A stretch of DNA of 64,000 nucleotides from the NCBI GenBank assembly GCA_965205505.1, contig CBDBHB010000006.1:416001-480000 (forward strand), in the 5' to 3' direction. The DNA comes from Acidobacteriota bacterium (lineage in GTDB: Bacteria > Acidobacteriota > UBA890 > WLXD01). The notes beneath the pieces were generated by a model. That model worked only from the letters and a program-made list of their open reading frames with translations. It did no database searches and had not been told where the DNA came from. This document shows positions 1-8,774 of this stretch, piece after piece. The first letter of the stretch is position 1. Every line of letters begins with the position of its first letter. Made by a program: the position numbers and the translations under genes.

Positions 1-1
1 C

Positions 2-955
2 GACGGTGATCTCGATCTGGCGACTGCGAACCAGCAGGCGAACAGTGTCTCGATTCTGCTGAACGACGGGCGCGGCAGATTCGTCGCCGGCGTCACGATC
101 GAGGGGTTGCAGCGGCCCGAGGCGCTTGCGACAGCCGATGTGGACGCCGATGGCGACCTGGACCTGGCGATCGTCAACGCTGGTGCGGACAACGTTGCTC
201 TGCTGCTGAACGACGGCAGTGCCGGGTTTACCCTCGGTGCCACGATATCGGTCGGGTCCAGCCCGCACGCCATCGTCGCCGTGGACATCGACGGCGACGG
301 CGACACTGATTGGGCCGTGTCGGACTTCGGATCTGCGACTGTATCGATACTGGCCAACGATGGCAGCGGCGGCTACAGCCTCGTGACTGTCGTCGAGGCG
401 AGCCCTGGCACGGAGCGGGCGGTCGTTGCAGATCTGGATTCGGACGGCGATGCCGACCTCGCAGTTTCCAGCTTCAGCGCCGCCACCGTGAACGTGCTGA
501 TCAACGACGGTTCCGGTGGCTTCACGCCGGGAGCAGCGTTGACTCTGGGAGCGCGACAGCACATTGCAGCGGGCGGCGATCTCGACGGCGACGGGGATGT
601 CGACATGATTGTCACCAGCTCGGGCACCGGAGAGGTAATGCTGCTCGACAACCACGATGGGTCGCTGGAGCACGACGTATCGGTGATCGTGCCCGAGACA
701 CCCTGGGCGGCCGTGGTTCTCGACTACGACGGCGACGGAGACCTCGACGTGGCCGTCGCCGACTACTCCGGCCATCGTGTCTCGATGCTGCAGAACGACG
801 GCGCCGGTCAGCTCGAAGTGGCGTTCTCAGTGGCGGTCGGCCAGCAGCCCCACCAGGTCGTGTCGGGGGACTACGACGGCGATGGCGTGCCGGATCTGGC
901 AACCGCCAACGACGCCGAGGCCACCATCACGGTCCTTCTGAGTCGACACTCTTGA
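2..955 (+). CDS. FG-GAP/VCBS repeat beta-propeller protein (5' partial)
   Basis: Repeated DxDGDGDxDL Ca-binding motifs followed by VSILLNDG. The frame is open from base 2, so the gene starts before the window. Confidence 0.9.
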   Translation, partial: DGDLDLATANQQANSVSILLNDGRGRFVAGVTIEGLQRPEALATADVDADGDLDLAIVNAGADNVALLLNDGSAGFTLGATISVGSSPHAIVAVDIDGDGDTDWAVSDFGSATVSILANDGSGGYSLVTVVEASPGTERAVVADLDSDGDADLAVSSFSAATVNVLINDGSGGFTPGAALTLGARQHIAAGGDLDGDGDVDMIVTSSGTGEVMLLDNHDGSLEHDVSVIVPETPWAAVVLDYDGDGDLDVAVADYSGHRVSMLQNDGAGQLEVAFSVAVGQQPHQVVSGDYDGDGVPDLATANDAEATITVLLSRHS

Positions 956-1080
956 GCTGTTCGCCGGATCCGGATAGCTGTGCGGGGGGATTGGACGTTG
1001 GTCGGCCGACGTTGCAAGGTACTCGCCCGGGACTGCAACTTGCACCCCTCGAGAATCAACAACCCTAACGAAGCGCCGGA

Positions 1081-1650
1081 GTGAGCATGGCGACGAATCA
1101 CCGTATCGTCGATCTGGTCGGACACGATCGCAAGATGATCAGCCGACTCGGTCCGCTCGTCTTCGAAGCCCTCAAGCAACATTCTCCCAACTGGCTGCCG
1201 ACGGTCAACGACGCGACGCTAGAGATCCTGGAATCGCTGACTCCCGGACGCCTGAGCCGGGTACTGATCGATTCGGCAGGAGAGCCCGTGGGCTGGATCG
1301 GCATCATCCCTCATAGCGGTGGCCGCGTCTGGGAGATCCACCCGATTGCGGTTGCAACCGCGCACCAAGGCTACGGCTACGGGCGCGTGCTGATCGAGGA
1401 TATCGAGCGACACGCGCGCGAGCAGGGCGTTCTGACCCTGTGGGCCGGTACCAGCGACGAGATGGGATTGACCAACCTGGCCGACGTCGATCTATATGCC
1501 GATCCCGCGGGCGCTATCTCCGACATCGCCAGCATCAAGCCCCACGCATGGGAGTTCTGGGCCAGCGTCGGGTTCACCGTCGTAGGTCTCATGCCGGATG
1601 CGGAGGGACGGGGCAAGCCGAGCATCGTTCTGGCCAAGAGGGTGGATTGA
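1081..1650 (+). CDS. GNAT acetyltransferase, AAC(6')-Ia/Ii-like family
   Basis: Motifs WEIHPIAV, QGYGYGR (acetyl-CoA binding), LWAGTSDE and VVGLMPDAEGRGKPSIVLAK follow the AAC(6')-Ia pattern. An alternative ATG start is at 1087. Confidence 0.8.
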   Translation: MSMATNHRIVDLVGHDRKMISRLGPLVFEALKQHSPNWLPTVNDATLEILESLTPGRLSRVLIDSAGEPVGWIGIIPHSGGRVWEIHPIAVATAHQGYGYGRVLIEDIERHAREQGVLTLWAGTSDEMGLTNLADVDLYADPAGAISDIASIKPHAWEFWASVGFTVVGLMPDAEGRGKPSIVLAKRVD

Positions 1651-1653
1651 AAA

Positions 1654-2067
1654 GTGTTGAACGGCACTCGGTGGTTCTTACGCATCGCCTTGGCGGCCGG
1701 GTTTCTGTCGGCGACGGCGGATCGAGTCGGTCTGTGGGGAGCGCCAGGGGCCCCCGGCGTCGCCTGGGGAAAGTGGTCGGAGTTTCTGGATTACGTCGCG
1801 GCGCTCAACTGGTTCCTGCCGGCGTTCCTCATCCCGCTGGTGGGCTGGGTTGCCACGCTTGGCGAAATCGCTTGCGCGATCGCTCTCCTGGTAGGGTGGC
1901 GGTTGAAGTTGGCCGCATGCGCCAGCGGCGTGCTGCTGCTCTTGTTCGCGCTGACCATGGCCATCGCCGAGGGGATCAAGTCACCGCTGGATTCGTCGGT
2001 CTTCGCCGCCGCCGGCGGCGCCTTCCTGCTTGCGGCGGTGACGGCCGATGAGGATCGTTCCTGCTAA
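1654..2067 (+). CDS. DoxX family membrane protein
   Basis: FLRIALAAGFLSATADRVGLWG and AWGKW..F..Y motifs, about 4 TM helices. Confidence 0.8.
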   Translation: MLNGTRWFLRIALAAGFLSATADRVGLWGAPGAPGVAWGKWSEFLDYVAALNWFLPAFLIPLVGWVATLGEIACAIALLVGWRLKLAACASGVLLLLFALTMAIAEGIKSPLDSSVFAAAGGAFLLAAVTADEDRSC

Positions 2068-2509
2068 GCCGAGCTCAGGCTGACCGTCCCGGGTCCTGCT
2101 ACGAGTTCTGGAAGAGTAGGCCGAAGCGCTTTCCATCTTGCTTCGTGTCCTCCGTTGGCAGCTGACCGATAGGTTTTCGACCACGGTGTCGGCCTCGGGT
2201 TGTTTTGCAGGTGCCCGAGCTTGTGGTCCTGAGCTACGTAACCGAGCTTCATGTGCAGCTCTCGAGCTCCGGACAGTTCGACGGCCTGGGCATTGGCCGC
2301 GTGGCCTCGTCCAACGGACAGGCAACGGTGGGCTTGGGGCTCCATGTCGACAGCGCGCTGGCCGCCGCGGTTGCCAGCGGGGCGGTCGACCTCGACGGTG
2401 ACAGGCCAGCTCGCCGGTGTGTTCTCTGTCATCGGTACGTCGGCGAGCGATCGAATGCGGGTCTCGGTCGCCGTGGAGCAGGACACGTAGGCCGAGGCCA
2501 CTCAACGCG

Positions 2510-2630
2510 TAACGGCGAGGATCGCCTCCGTGGCGCCCCAGCCGCGTGTCGTCGGCGAGATATACCTCGCCCAAGCCACCGTTGCCGAGCAATGCGGTCA
2601 GCTCGTAGGGTCCGGGTAGGGTACCGATAG
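2510..2630 (-). pseudogene. Ser/Thr protein kinase N-terminal remnant
   Basis: The minus strand reads GTLPGPYELTALLGNGGLGEVYLADDTRLGR (kinase subdomain I), then degenerates before the VAIK motif. Confidence 0.7.
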
Positions 2631-2688
2631 GTGAGTAAGGCCCGCGCGGCTATCATGGCGCGCGGACCCATACGAAGGAGGCGACCCG

Positions 2689-4467
2689 ATGAACCAGAGA
2701 TCTCGGAGCGGCGGCCGTTGCGTGGTCGCGGTTGTTGGCATGGCGCTGGCTTCGTGTGGTGGCGGCGGGCCGACGGCAGAAGAGGCGGCCGACGTCGCGC
2801 TGGTCAACGGCAAGATCATCACCGTCGACGCCACCGATAGCGTTGCCGAGGCCGTTGCGGTGAAGGACGGTCGCATCGTCGCGGTCGGCTCGAGCGCCGA
2901 GATCGACACACTGGTCGGTGTATCCACCCGCAGGATCGATCTCGGTGGCCGGGCGGCAACGCCGGGGCTGCTCGACGCTCACGCTCACTTCGGCAACGGC
3001 CGCGCCACGCGCATGTTCGTACTCGATCTCAGTTACCCAGGTGTGACTTCGGTCGCCGATGTGGTCGACAAGGTCGCCGAGCGTGTCGCGCAGGCCGAGC
3101 CCGGCGACTGGATCCGCGGCCGTGGCTGGGACGAGGGCAAGTTCGAGGAGTTGCGCTACGTCACCGCAGCCGACCTCGACGCGATCGCTCCCGACAACCC
3201 CGTGTGGCTGACGCACACCATGGGGCACTATGGCACCGCCAACAGCCTGGCGATGGAGCTTGCCGGCGTTACCCGCGACACCCCGGATCCGCCCGGCGGC
3301 ACCATCGATCACGACGCCGACGGCAACGCCACGGGCGTGTTGAAGGAGCGCGCCCAGGGGCTGGTCAACGGTCTGATTCCACCGATGAGCCCCGAGCAGG
3401 TGCGCGAAGGCATGCGCGACCTGTCGCAGGCCTTCAACGCCGAGGGCATGACCGGGGTGAAGGACCCCGGCATCGGGCAGGCAACCTGGGACGCGTACGC
3501 CGACGTGCTCGCCGATGGCGACCTCTCGGTCAGGGTATTCGTCCTGTGGCGCAGCCGGGGAGACCTGAGCGACGCGGAGGCGTTGGCGGAGCGTGTGGGG
3601 CCGTTTACCAGGCCGTACGAATCGACCGGCGACGATCGTTTGATCTCCGGTGGTATCAAACTCATGATCGACGGCAGCGGCGGGGCGCGCACCGCCTGGA
3701 TGTACGACGACTGGAACCGCGATTTCGACCAGGTCGACATCGGCAATCGCGGCTACCCGGTGGAGCCGGCGGAGCTGATTCGCGACAAGATTCGGCTGTT
3801 CCACGACGCCGGCCTCCACGTCAGCACCCACTCGATCGGCGATCGAGGCATCGACTGGGTGGTCGACAGCTACGCCATGGCGCTCGAGGACAATCCCCGT
3901 CCCGGACTACGCCACGGCATTATCCACGCCAACATCCCCACCGACCACGCCATCGACACGATGGCGCGGCTACAGCGAGAGTTCGACGCCGGCTTCCCGG
4001 AGCCCTCGCCGCCCTTCATGTGGTGGATCGGCGATACCTACGCCGGCAACTTCGGCCCCGATCGGGCGTTGCGCCTCAACCCGTTCGCGACCTTTGTCGA
4101 GAAGGGCATCCCCTGGGCAAGTGCGTCCGATTTCAGCGTTACGCCGTTCGAGGCCCGCTATGGGTTGTGGGCGTCGGTGGCACGCGAGACCTTGCTGGGC
4201 GTGTACGGCGACAACCCGTACGGATCAGACGAGTCGGTGGATATCCGCACCGCGCTACGCTCCTACACCATCTGGAGCGCGCGCCAGATGTTCCTGGAGG
4301 ACAAGATCGGCTCGATCGAGGTCGGCAAGTACGCCGATATCGCGGTATGGGACCGTGACCCGTACACGGTGCCCACGGCCGACATCAAGGACATGGTGTG
4401 CGAGATGACGCTTTTCGACGGCCGCGTCGTGTACGTCAACCCGCAGACCACGCTCGACATTCCATAA
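2689..4467 (+). CDS. Amidohydrolase 3 (YtcJ-like), putative lipoprotein
   Basis: LASC lipobox; DAHAH, GGIKLMIDGS, HSIGDRG and GSIEVGKYAD motifs; GGAGG RBS. Confidence 0.9.
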   Translation: MNQRSRSGGRCVVAVVGMALASCGGGGPTAEEAADVALVNGKIITVDATDSVAEAVAVKDGRIVAVGSSAEIDTLVGVSTRRIDLGGRAATPGLLDAHAHFGNGRATRMFVLDLSYPGVTSVADVVDKVAERVAQAEPGDWIRGRGWDEGKFEELRYVTAADLDAIAPDNPVWLTHTMGHYGTANSLAMELAGVTRDTPDPPGGTIDHDADGNATGVLKERAQGLVNGLIPPMSPEQVREGMRDLSQAFNAEGMTGVKDPGIGQATWDAYADVLADGDLSVRVFVLWRSRGDLSDAEALAERVGPFTRPYESTGDDRLISGGIKLMIDGSGGARTAWMYDDWNRDFDQVDIGNRGYPVEPAELIRDKIRLFHDAGLHVSTHSIGDRGIDWVVDSYAMALEDNPRPGLRHGIIHANIPTDHAIDTMARLQREFDAGFPEPSPPFMWWIGDTYAGNFGPDRALRLNPFATFVEKGIPWASASDFSVTPFEARYGLWASVARETLLGVYGDNPYGSDESVDIRTALRSYTIWSARQMFLEDKIGSIEVGKYADIAVWDRDPYTVPTADIKDMVCEMTLFDGRVVYVNPQTTLDIP

Positions 4468-4491
4468 ACCTCACGCACTTCGGAGTTGAAT

Positions 4492-6774
4492 ATGCGTACC
4501 AATTGCCCGCCCCCGTTTCCCGCGTCGAGCGCGTTCATCGTCGCCGCTTTGCTGCTCGCCCCAACGCTTGCGGCCCCGGTCGAGGGCCAGGCCCCGGCCG
4601 ATGGGCCACGTGCCATGACCTTCCTCGACATGCAGCACATGGCTCGTGCCGGCTCCTTCACCCCTAGCCGCGACGGCAAGTGGATGCTGTACACGGTAAC
4701 CACACCCGATTGGGAGGAAGCGACGCAGCAGTCCGACATCCATTTGGTGTCACTGGAGCAGGGCGCCGCGTCGGGTCGTCGCATGACCTACACGGACGAC
4801 AAGAACGAGGGCTCCCCGGCATGGTCGCGCGACGGACGCTTCTTCGTGTTTGCTTCTGACCGCGACTCTGACGACGATAACGACCAGCTGTATCTGATGC
4901 GCCCGGATGGCGGCGAGGCGCGGCGAATCACGGATGCCGAGGACGGCGCGTCGAACTTCGCCTTCAGCGACGACGGCCAGTGGCTCGTCTACCGCAGCGG
5001 CGAGTCCGGCCGGGAGGAGCTGTTTCGACTTCCGGTGCAGGGCATCCACGCGGCCGTCGCCGAGCAGCTCACCGACGCCGCCGCCGGTGTCGAAGGCTGG
5101 GAGTGGGCTCCGGATAGCCGCCGGATCTACTTCGCCAGGCCCGATAGCGCCGATGCGGACGAGCGCTTGCGCACCGAGATGAAGTTCACCGTCGACGTTC
5201 GCAACCAGGAGACGCCGCTCTCGAGCCTGTGGGCGCTCGAGCTCGATTCGCTGGAGGCGACTCGGTTGACCGACAATGCGAGCATGAGCGTGGCGAGCTT
5301 CACGGTCTCCGACGACGGTCGCTGGGTGGGCTTCACGGGATCTTCGGCCGAGCGCTACGAGCGCAACATCACCGAGGAGCGTATCAACGCCGACCTCTAC
5401 CTGCTCGAGACCTCGACCGGGCATGTGGAGCGATTGACCGACAACCACGAGGTCGGTGAAGGCAGCATGAGCTTCTCGCCCGACGGGCGTCTGCTGGCGT
5501 TCTCCGCGCCCGGCGACATGCACGCCTACAGCATGAAGAACCGTCGCATCTACGTGCGCGAGGTCGAGGAGCGGGGCGGCGCGTTCCGCCAGGTCGGCAC
5601 CGGGTTCGATGGTCACGCCTCGCCGAGCTTCTGGTCCGACGACGGCGCGACCATCTTCTTCAACGGCGGCGTGCGTGTTACCAGCCAGCTTCACGGGGTC
5701 GACGTGGCCAACGATAGGGTGCAGCAGCTGACGCACGCAGAGGCCGCGCTCAGGGTCAGCCGCGACCGCGACTCCGGCGTGCTGCTGATCAACTACTCCG
5801 ATCCGAGCACCCCGCCGACGCTGTTCACGGTGGCCAGCGTCGAGGAGGTGGGCACGCGCTCGGCATGGAAGCAGCTCGTCGACGTCAACCGCCAGATAGA
5901 AGGCCTCGCCCTGGGCGAGGAGACCGAGGTCACCTGGACGTCGACCGACGGCAAGCAGGTCGGCGGCGTGCTGATGAAGCCGGTAGGCTACGAGGAAGGC
6001 AACCGCTACCCGCTCATCGTCGCCATCCACGGTGGCCCCGCCGGCGCCGACACGCTGCGGTTCAACGGCGGCTACGGATCACAGGTGTACGCTGGCGCCG
6101 GGTACGCGGTGTTGAAGCCCAACTACCGAGGCTCGTCCAACTACGGCGAGGAGCACCGCACCGCAATTGTCGGCAACTACTTTCCGCAGGGCTACGACGA
6201 CATCATGACCGGCGTCGACCACCTCATCGCCGAGGGCATAGTCGACCCCGGTCGCATGGGGGCGCTCGGCTGGAGCGCCGGCGGGCACTGGTCGAACTGG
6301 ATCCTCACCCACACCGACCGCTTCAAGGCGATCAGCTCCGGGGCGGGCACCTCGAACTGGATCTCGATGTACGCGCAGAGCGACGTACAGCGCAACCGCC
6401 AGTTCTACCTCGGCAACGACCTCCCGTACGACAACTACGACGCCTACTGGGAGCAATCGCCGATGAAGTACATCAAGAATGCCAAGACGCCGACGATGAT
6501 CCATGTGGTCGAGGGCGACCCGCGCGTTCCCAGCCCGCAGTCGGTCGAGCTGCACATGGCGCTCAAGAAGCTCGGTGTGCCGACCGAGCTGTACATGTAC
6601 CCGGGTCGCAGCCACGGCATCCCCGATCCGCGCAACCGGCTGGTGAAGTCGGTCAGCGAGATGGCGTGGATGGATTACTACGTGCGGGGCATCGGCGAGA
6701 AGTTCGCCTGGCGCGACGTGCTGAAGACACTCGAGGGCGAACCGGAAAAGACCGACGCGAACGGTGGCAGCTGA
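4492..6774 (+). CDS. S9 family serine peptidase with beta-propeller
   Basis: Signal peptide, PD40-like repeats, IHGGP, NYRGS, GWSAGG nucleophile, DPRV and SHG catalytic motifs. Confidence 0.92.
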   Translation: MRTNCPPPFPASSAFIVAALLLAPTLAAPVEGQAPADGPRAMTFLDMQHMARAGSFTPSRDGKWMLYTVTTPDWEEATQQSDIHLVSLEQGAASGRRMTYTDDKNEGSPAWSRDGRFFVFASDRDSDDDNDQLYLMRPDGGEARRITDAEDGASNFAFSDDGQWLVYRSGESGREELFRLPVQGIHAAVAEQLTDAAAGVEGWEWAPDSRRIYFARPDSADADERLRTEMKFTVDVRNQETPLSSLWALELDSLEATRLTDNASMSVASFTVSDDGRWVGFTGSSAERYERNITEERINADLYLLETSTGHVERLTDNHEVGEGSMSFSPDGRLLAFSAPGDMHAYSMKNRRIYVREVEERGGAFRQVGTGFDGHASPSFWSDDGATIFFNGGVRVTSQLHGVDVANDRVQQLTHAEAALRVSRDRDSGVLLINYSDPSTPPTLFTVASVEEVGTRSAWKQLVDVNRQIEGLALGEETEVTWTSTDGKQVGGVLMKPVGYEEGNRYPLIVAIHGGPAGADTLRFNGGYGSQVYAGAGYAVLKPNYRGSSNYGEEHRTAIVGNYFPQGYDDIMTGVDHLIAEGIVDPGRMGALGWSAGGHWSNWILTHTDRFKAISSGAGTSNWISMYAQSDVQRNRQFYLGNDLPYDNYDAYWEQSPMKYIKNAKTPTMIHVVEGDPRVPSPQSVELHMALKKLGVPTELYMYPGRSHGIPDPRNRLVKSVSEMAWMDYYVRGIGEKFAWRDVLKTLEGEPEKTDANGGS

Positions 6775-6788
6775 GAAGAGCGTTGGCC

Positions 6789-7095
6789 GTGTCCGAGGCC
6801 GCCGTACGATTCGACGATATCCACAAGAGCTACGGCGAGACCGTCGCGCTGTGCGGCGTGTCGTTCGAGGCTCGTTCTGGCGAGGCGTTCGGGCTACTGG
6901 GTCCCCAACGGTGCCGGCAAGACCAGCCTGATCGGGGTGCCAGTCTGGGAGCTGGCGCTGGCGCCGGGAATTCTGATCATCTCGACCTGGCTGGCGCTCA
7001 AGCTCGGGGCGCGGCTGTTTCGCATCGGGCTGCTGGCGCTCGGTAGCCGTCCGAAGCTGAACGAAATCTGGCGTCAGGCGCGCCTATCTAGATGA
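6789..7095 (+). pseudogene. Deleted ABC transporter operon remnant (ATPase N-terminus joined to permease C-terminus)
   Basis: IHKSYGETVAL..VSF..GEAFGLLGP/NGAGKT has a +1 shift in Walker A. It is followed directly by a NatB/YhaP-like permease tail (ARLFRIGLLALGSRPKLNEIWR). Confidence 0.75.
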
Positions 7096-7188
7096 GATGA
7101 GAAGGCCAACCTCCTGAACGCAGTAGCCTGACGGCTCTGCAAACGTTTCTTCAAACGTAACGGGCTCGAAGCCCAAGGAGGTTGGCCG

Positions 7189-8234
7189 ATGAGGAGTGTA
7201 ACGATTGGACTGGACGTAAGCGACCGGTACAGCCGTATGTGCGTGCTCGACAGTAAGGGCAGGGTGATGGAGGAAGGGCGGGTGAGGACGAGCCCGGAGG
7301 GGCTGGCGAGGCGGTTCGGGTGCGAGGAGCCCGCTCGAGTAGTGCTGGAGGTTGGAACGCACTCGCCGTGGATGAGTGAGCAGTTGAAGCAACTGGGTCA
7401 TGAGGTGCTGGTGGCTAACCCGAGGCGGCTGAAGCTGATCTATGGCGAGCACGACAAGACCGACCGGTTGGATGCCGAGCACCTGGCACGAGTGGGCAGA
7501 ATGGACCCAAAGCTGCTTAAGACGGTGCAGCATCGAGGCAGACAAGCGCGAGCGGATCTAGCCGTGATTCGGAGCCGAGATGCTCTGGTAAAGAGCCCAC
7601 GCAGTTGGTGAGCCATGTGCGTGGTGCGGTCAAGTCGGCCGGTTGTCGTATTCCCAGGTGCTCGACGCCGGCGTTCGCGCGCACCGCGCCAGAGCACATA
7701 CCGGAGCGGCTCAAGGGAGCGCTCGAGCCGGTGCTTGAAACGATCGCCATGCTGACGGGCAACATCCAGCAATACGAGCGTCAGATCGTGCAGCTGTGCC
7801 AGGGGCGATACCCGGAGACACAGCAGCTCCAGCAAGTGGCCGGGGTCGGAGCTCTGACCGCACTGGCGTATGTGCTGACGCTCGAGGAGCCGGAGCGGTT
7901 CAATACCTCCAGAGCCGTGGGCCCGTACCTGGGACTGAGACCGAAGAAACGGCAGTCGGGGGACAAGGACCCTGCGCTACGAATAACCAAGGCGGGCGAC
8001 AAAATGCTCCGACGCCTGTTGGTGGGCTCGGCGCATTACATCCTGGGCCCCTTCGGGCCCGATACTGAGCTCAGACGCTGGGGGCTCAAGCTGGCCGGAC
8101 GCGGTGGTCCTCATGGCAACAAAAAGGCAGCAGTTGCTGTCGCCCGTAAGCTCGCCGTTGTGCTGCACCGACTGTGGCTGAGTGGAGACGAGTACGAACC
8201 GTTGCGCGCACCTGTAGAGGTTTCAGCAGCATGA
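7189..8234 (+). pseudogene. IS110-family DEDD transposase/recombinase, frameshifted near 7597
   Basis: IGLDVS, VVLEVG and KTDRLDA in 7189-7611; GVG..TA, YLGLRPKKRQSG and KKAAVAVARKL in 7605-8234. One base is missing at AAGAGC-C-CACGCAG. Confidence 0.88.
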
Positions 8235-8480
8235 ACTAACCCGCAACCAGGAGGTCGGTAGGGCGACGCGACCCAACGGTTATCGATCTGACCGCCCGGT
8301 CCGGGCGACTGCGAAGGTCACTACGAGCTTCGAGCTCGGCAGCTAGATTGCAGCGCCTCGAATCGGGACGGACCCCAGAATGCACCGGACGACCTGAATC
8401 CTCGTCCACCAGAGTGCGAATAGGAGCATGGCGTGCAGATCGATTCTTCGCTGGCCACCACATTGCCCTTGACCGAACTA
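8235..8480 (+). ncRNA. Candidate seekRNA/bridge RNA in the IS1111 3' non-coding region
   Basis: The position is typical of IS1111. Short segments flanking hairpins match the reconstructed target and donor junctions. Confidence 0.55.
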
Positions 8481-8494
8481 GGCCTTCTCATAGA

Positions 8495-8770
8495 AGTGGC
8501 CTGTAGCAGATGATCGTTGCCTATCGCAGATGGGATTTGCGGGTGAGATCAAGGCGCGGCGAGGAAGGCGATGCAGAGGGCATCGTCGACGAGGCGCAAC
8601 GCCGATATCGCCCGCAACTGCCCATCTGTCCGGAGGATGGCGGCGAAATCGGCCCGTCTGCGGCGTTGCTCCTCCTCCAAGATGGGCAAACATCGTCTCG
8701 TCGTCGCGCCTGGCATCCGGACCCATTTCGCCACCACGATACGCAACGATCATCTGTTACAGACCACTAG
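8495..8770. repeat. ~278-bp palindromic MITE/REPIN-like element, copy 1 (left tip split by the IS)
   Basis: 34-bp terminal arms match at 31/34 once CT 7088-7089 is rejoined. CTAG ends and two internal hairpins. Confidence 0.8.
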
Positions 8771-8774
8771 TGGC

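Larger units (their letters stand above)
7090..8494 (+). mobile_element. IS110 family, IS1111 subgroup insertion sequence (~1.4 kb)
   Basis: Perfect 11-bp subterminal inverted repeats ATGAGAAGGCC (7097-7107) and GGCCTTCTCAT (8481-8491), lying 7 and 3 nt from the inferred ends. DEDD transposase and long 3' non-coding region. The ends can slide 2 nt over a shared AG. Confidence 0.88.

Noticed and set aside
956-2100. Integron cassette array around the aac(6')-like gene
   Set aside because: No attC after the gene (only 3 nt to the next ORF) and no integrase
7585-7615. Programmed frameshift in the transposase
   Set aside because: No slippery heptamer, and IS110 transposases are single ORFs; a 1-bp deletion or sequencing error is simpler
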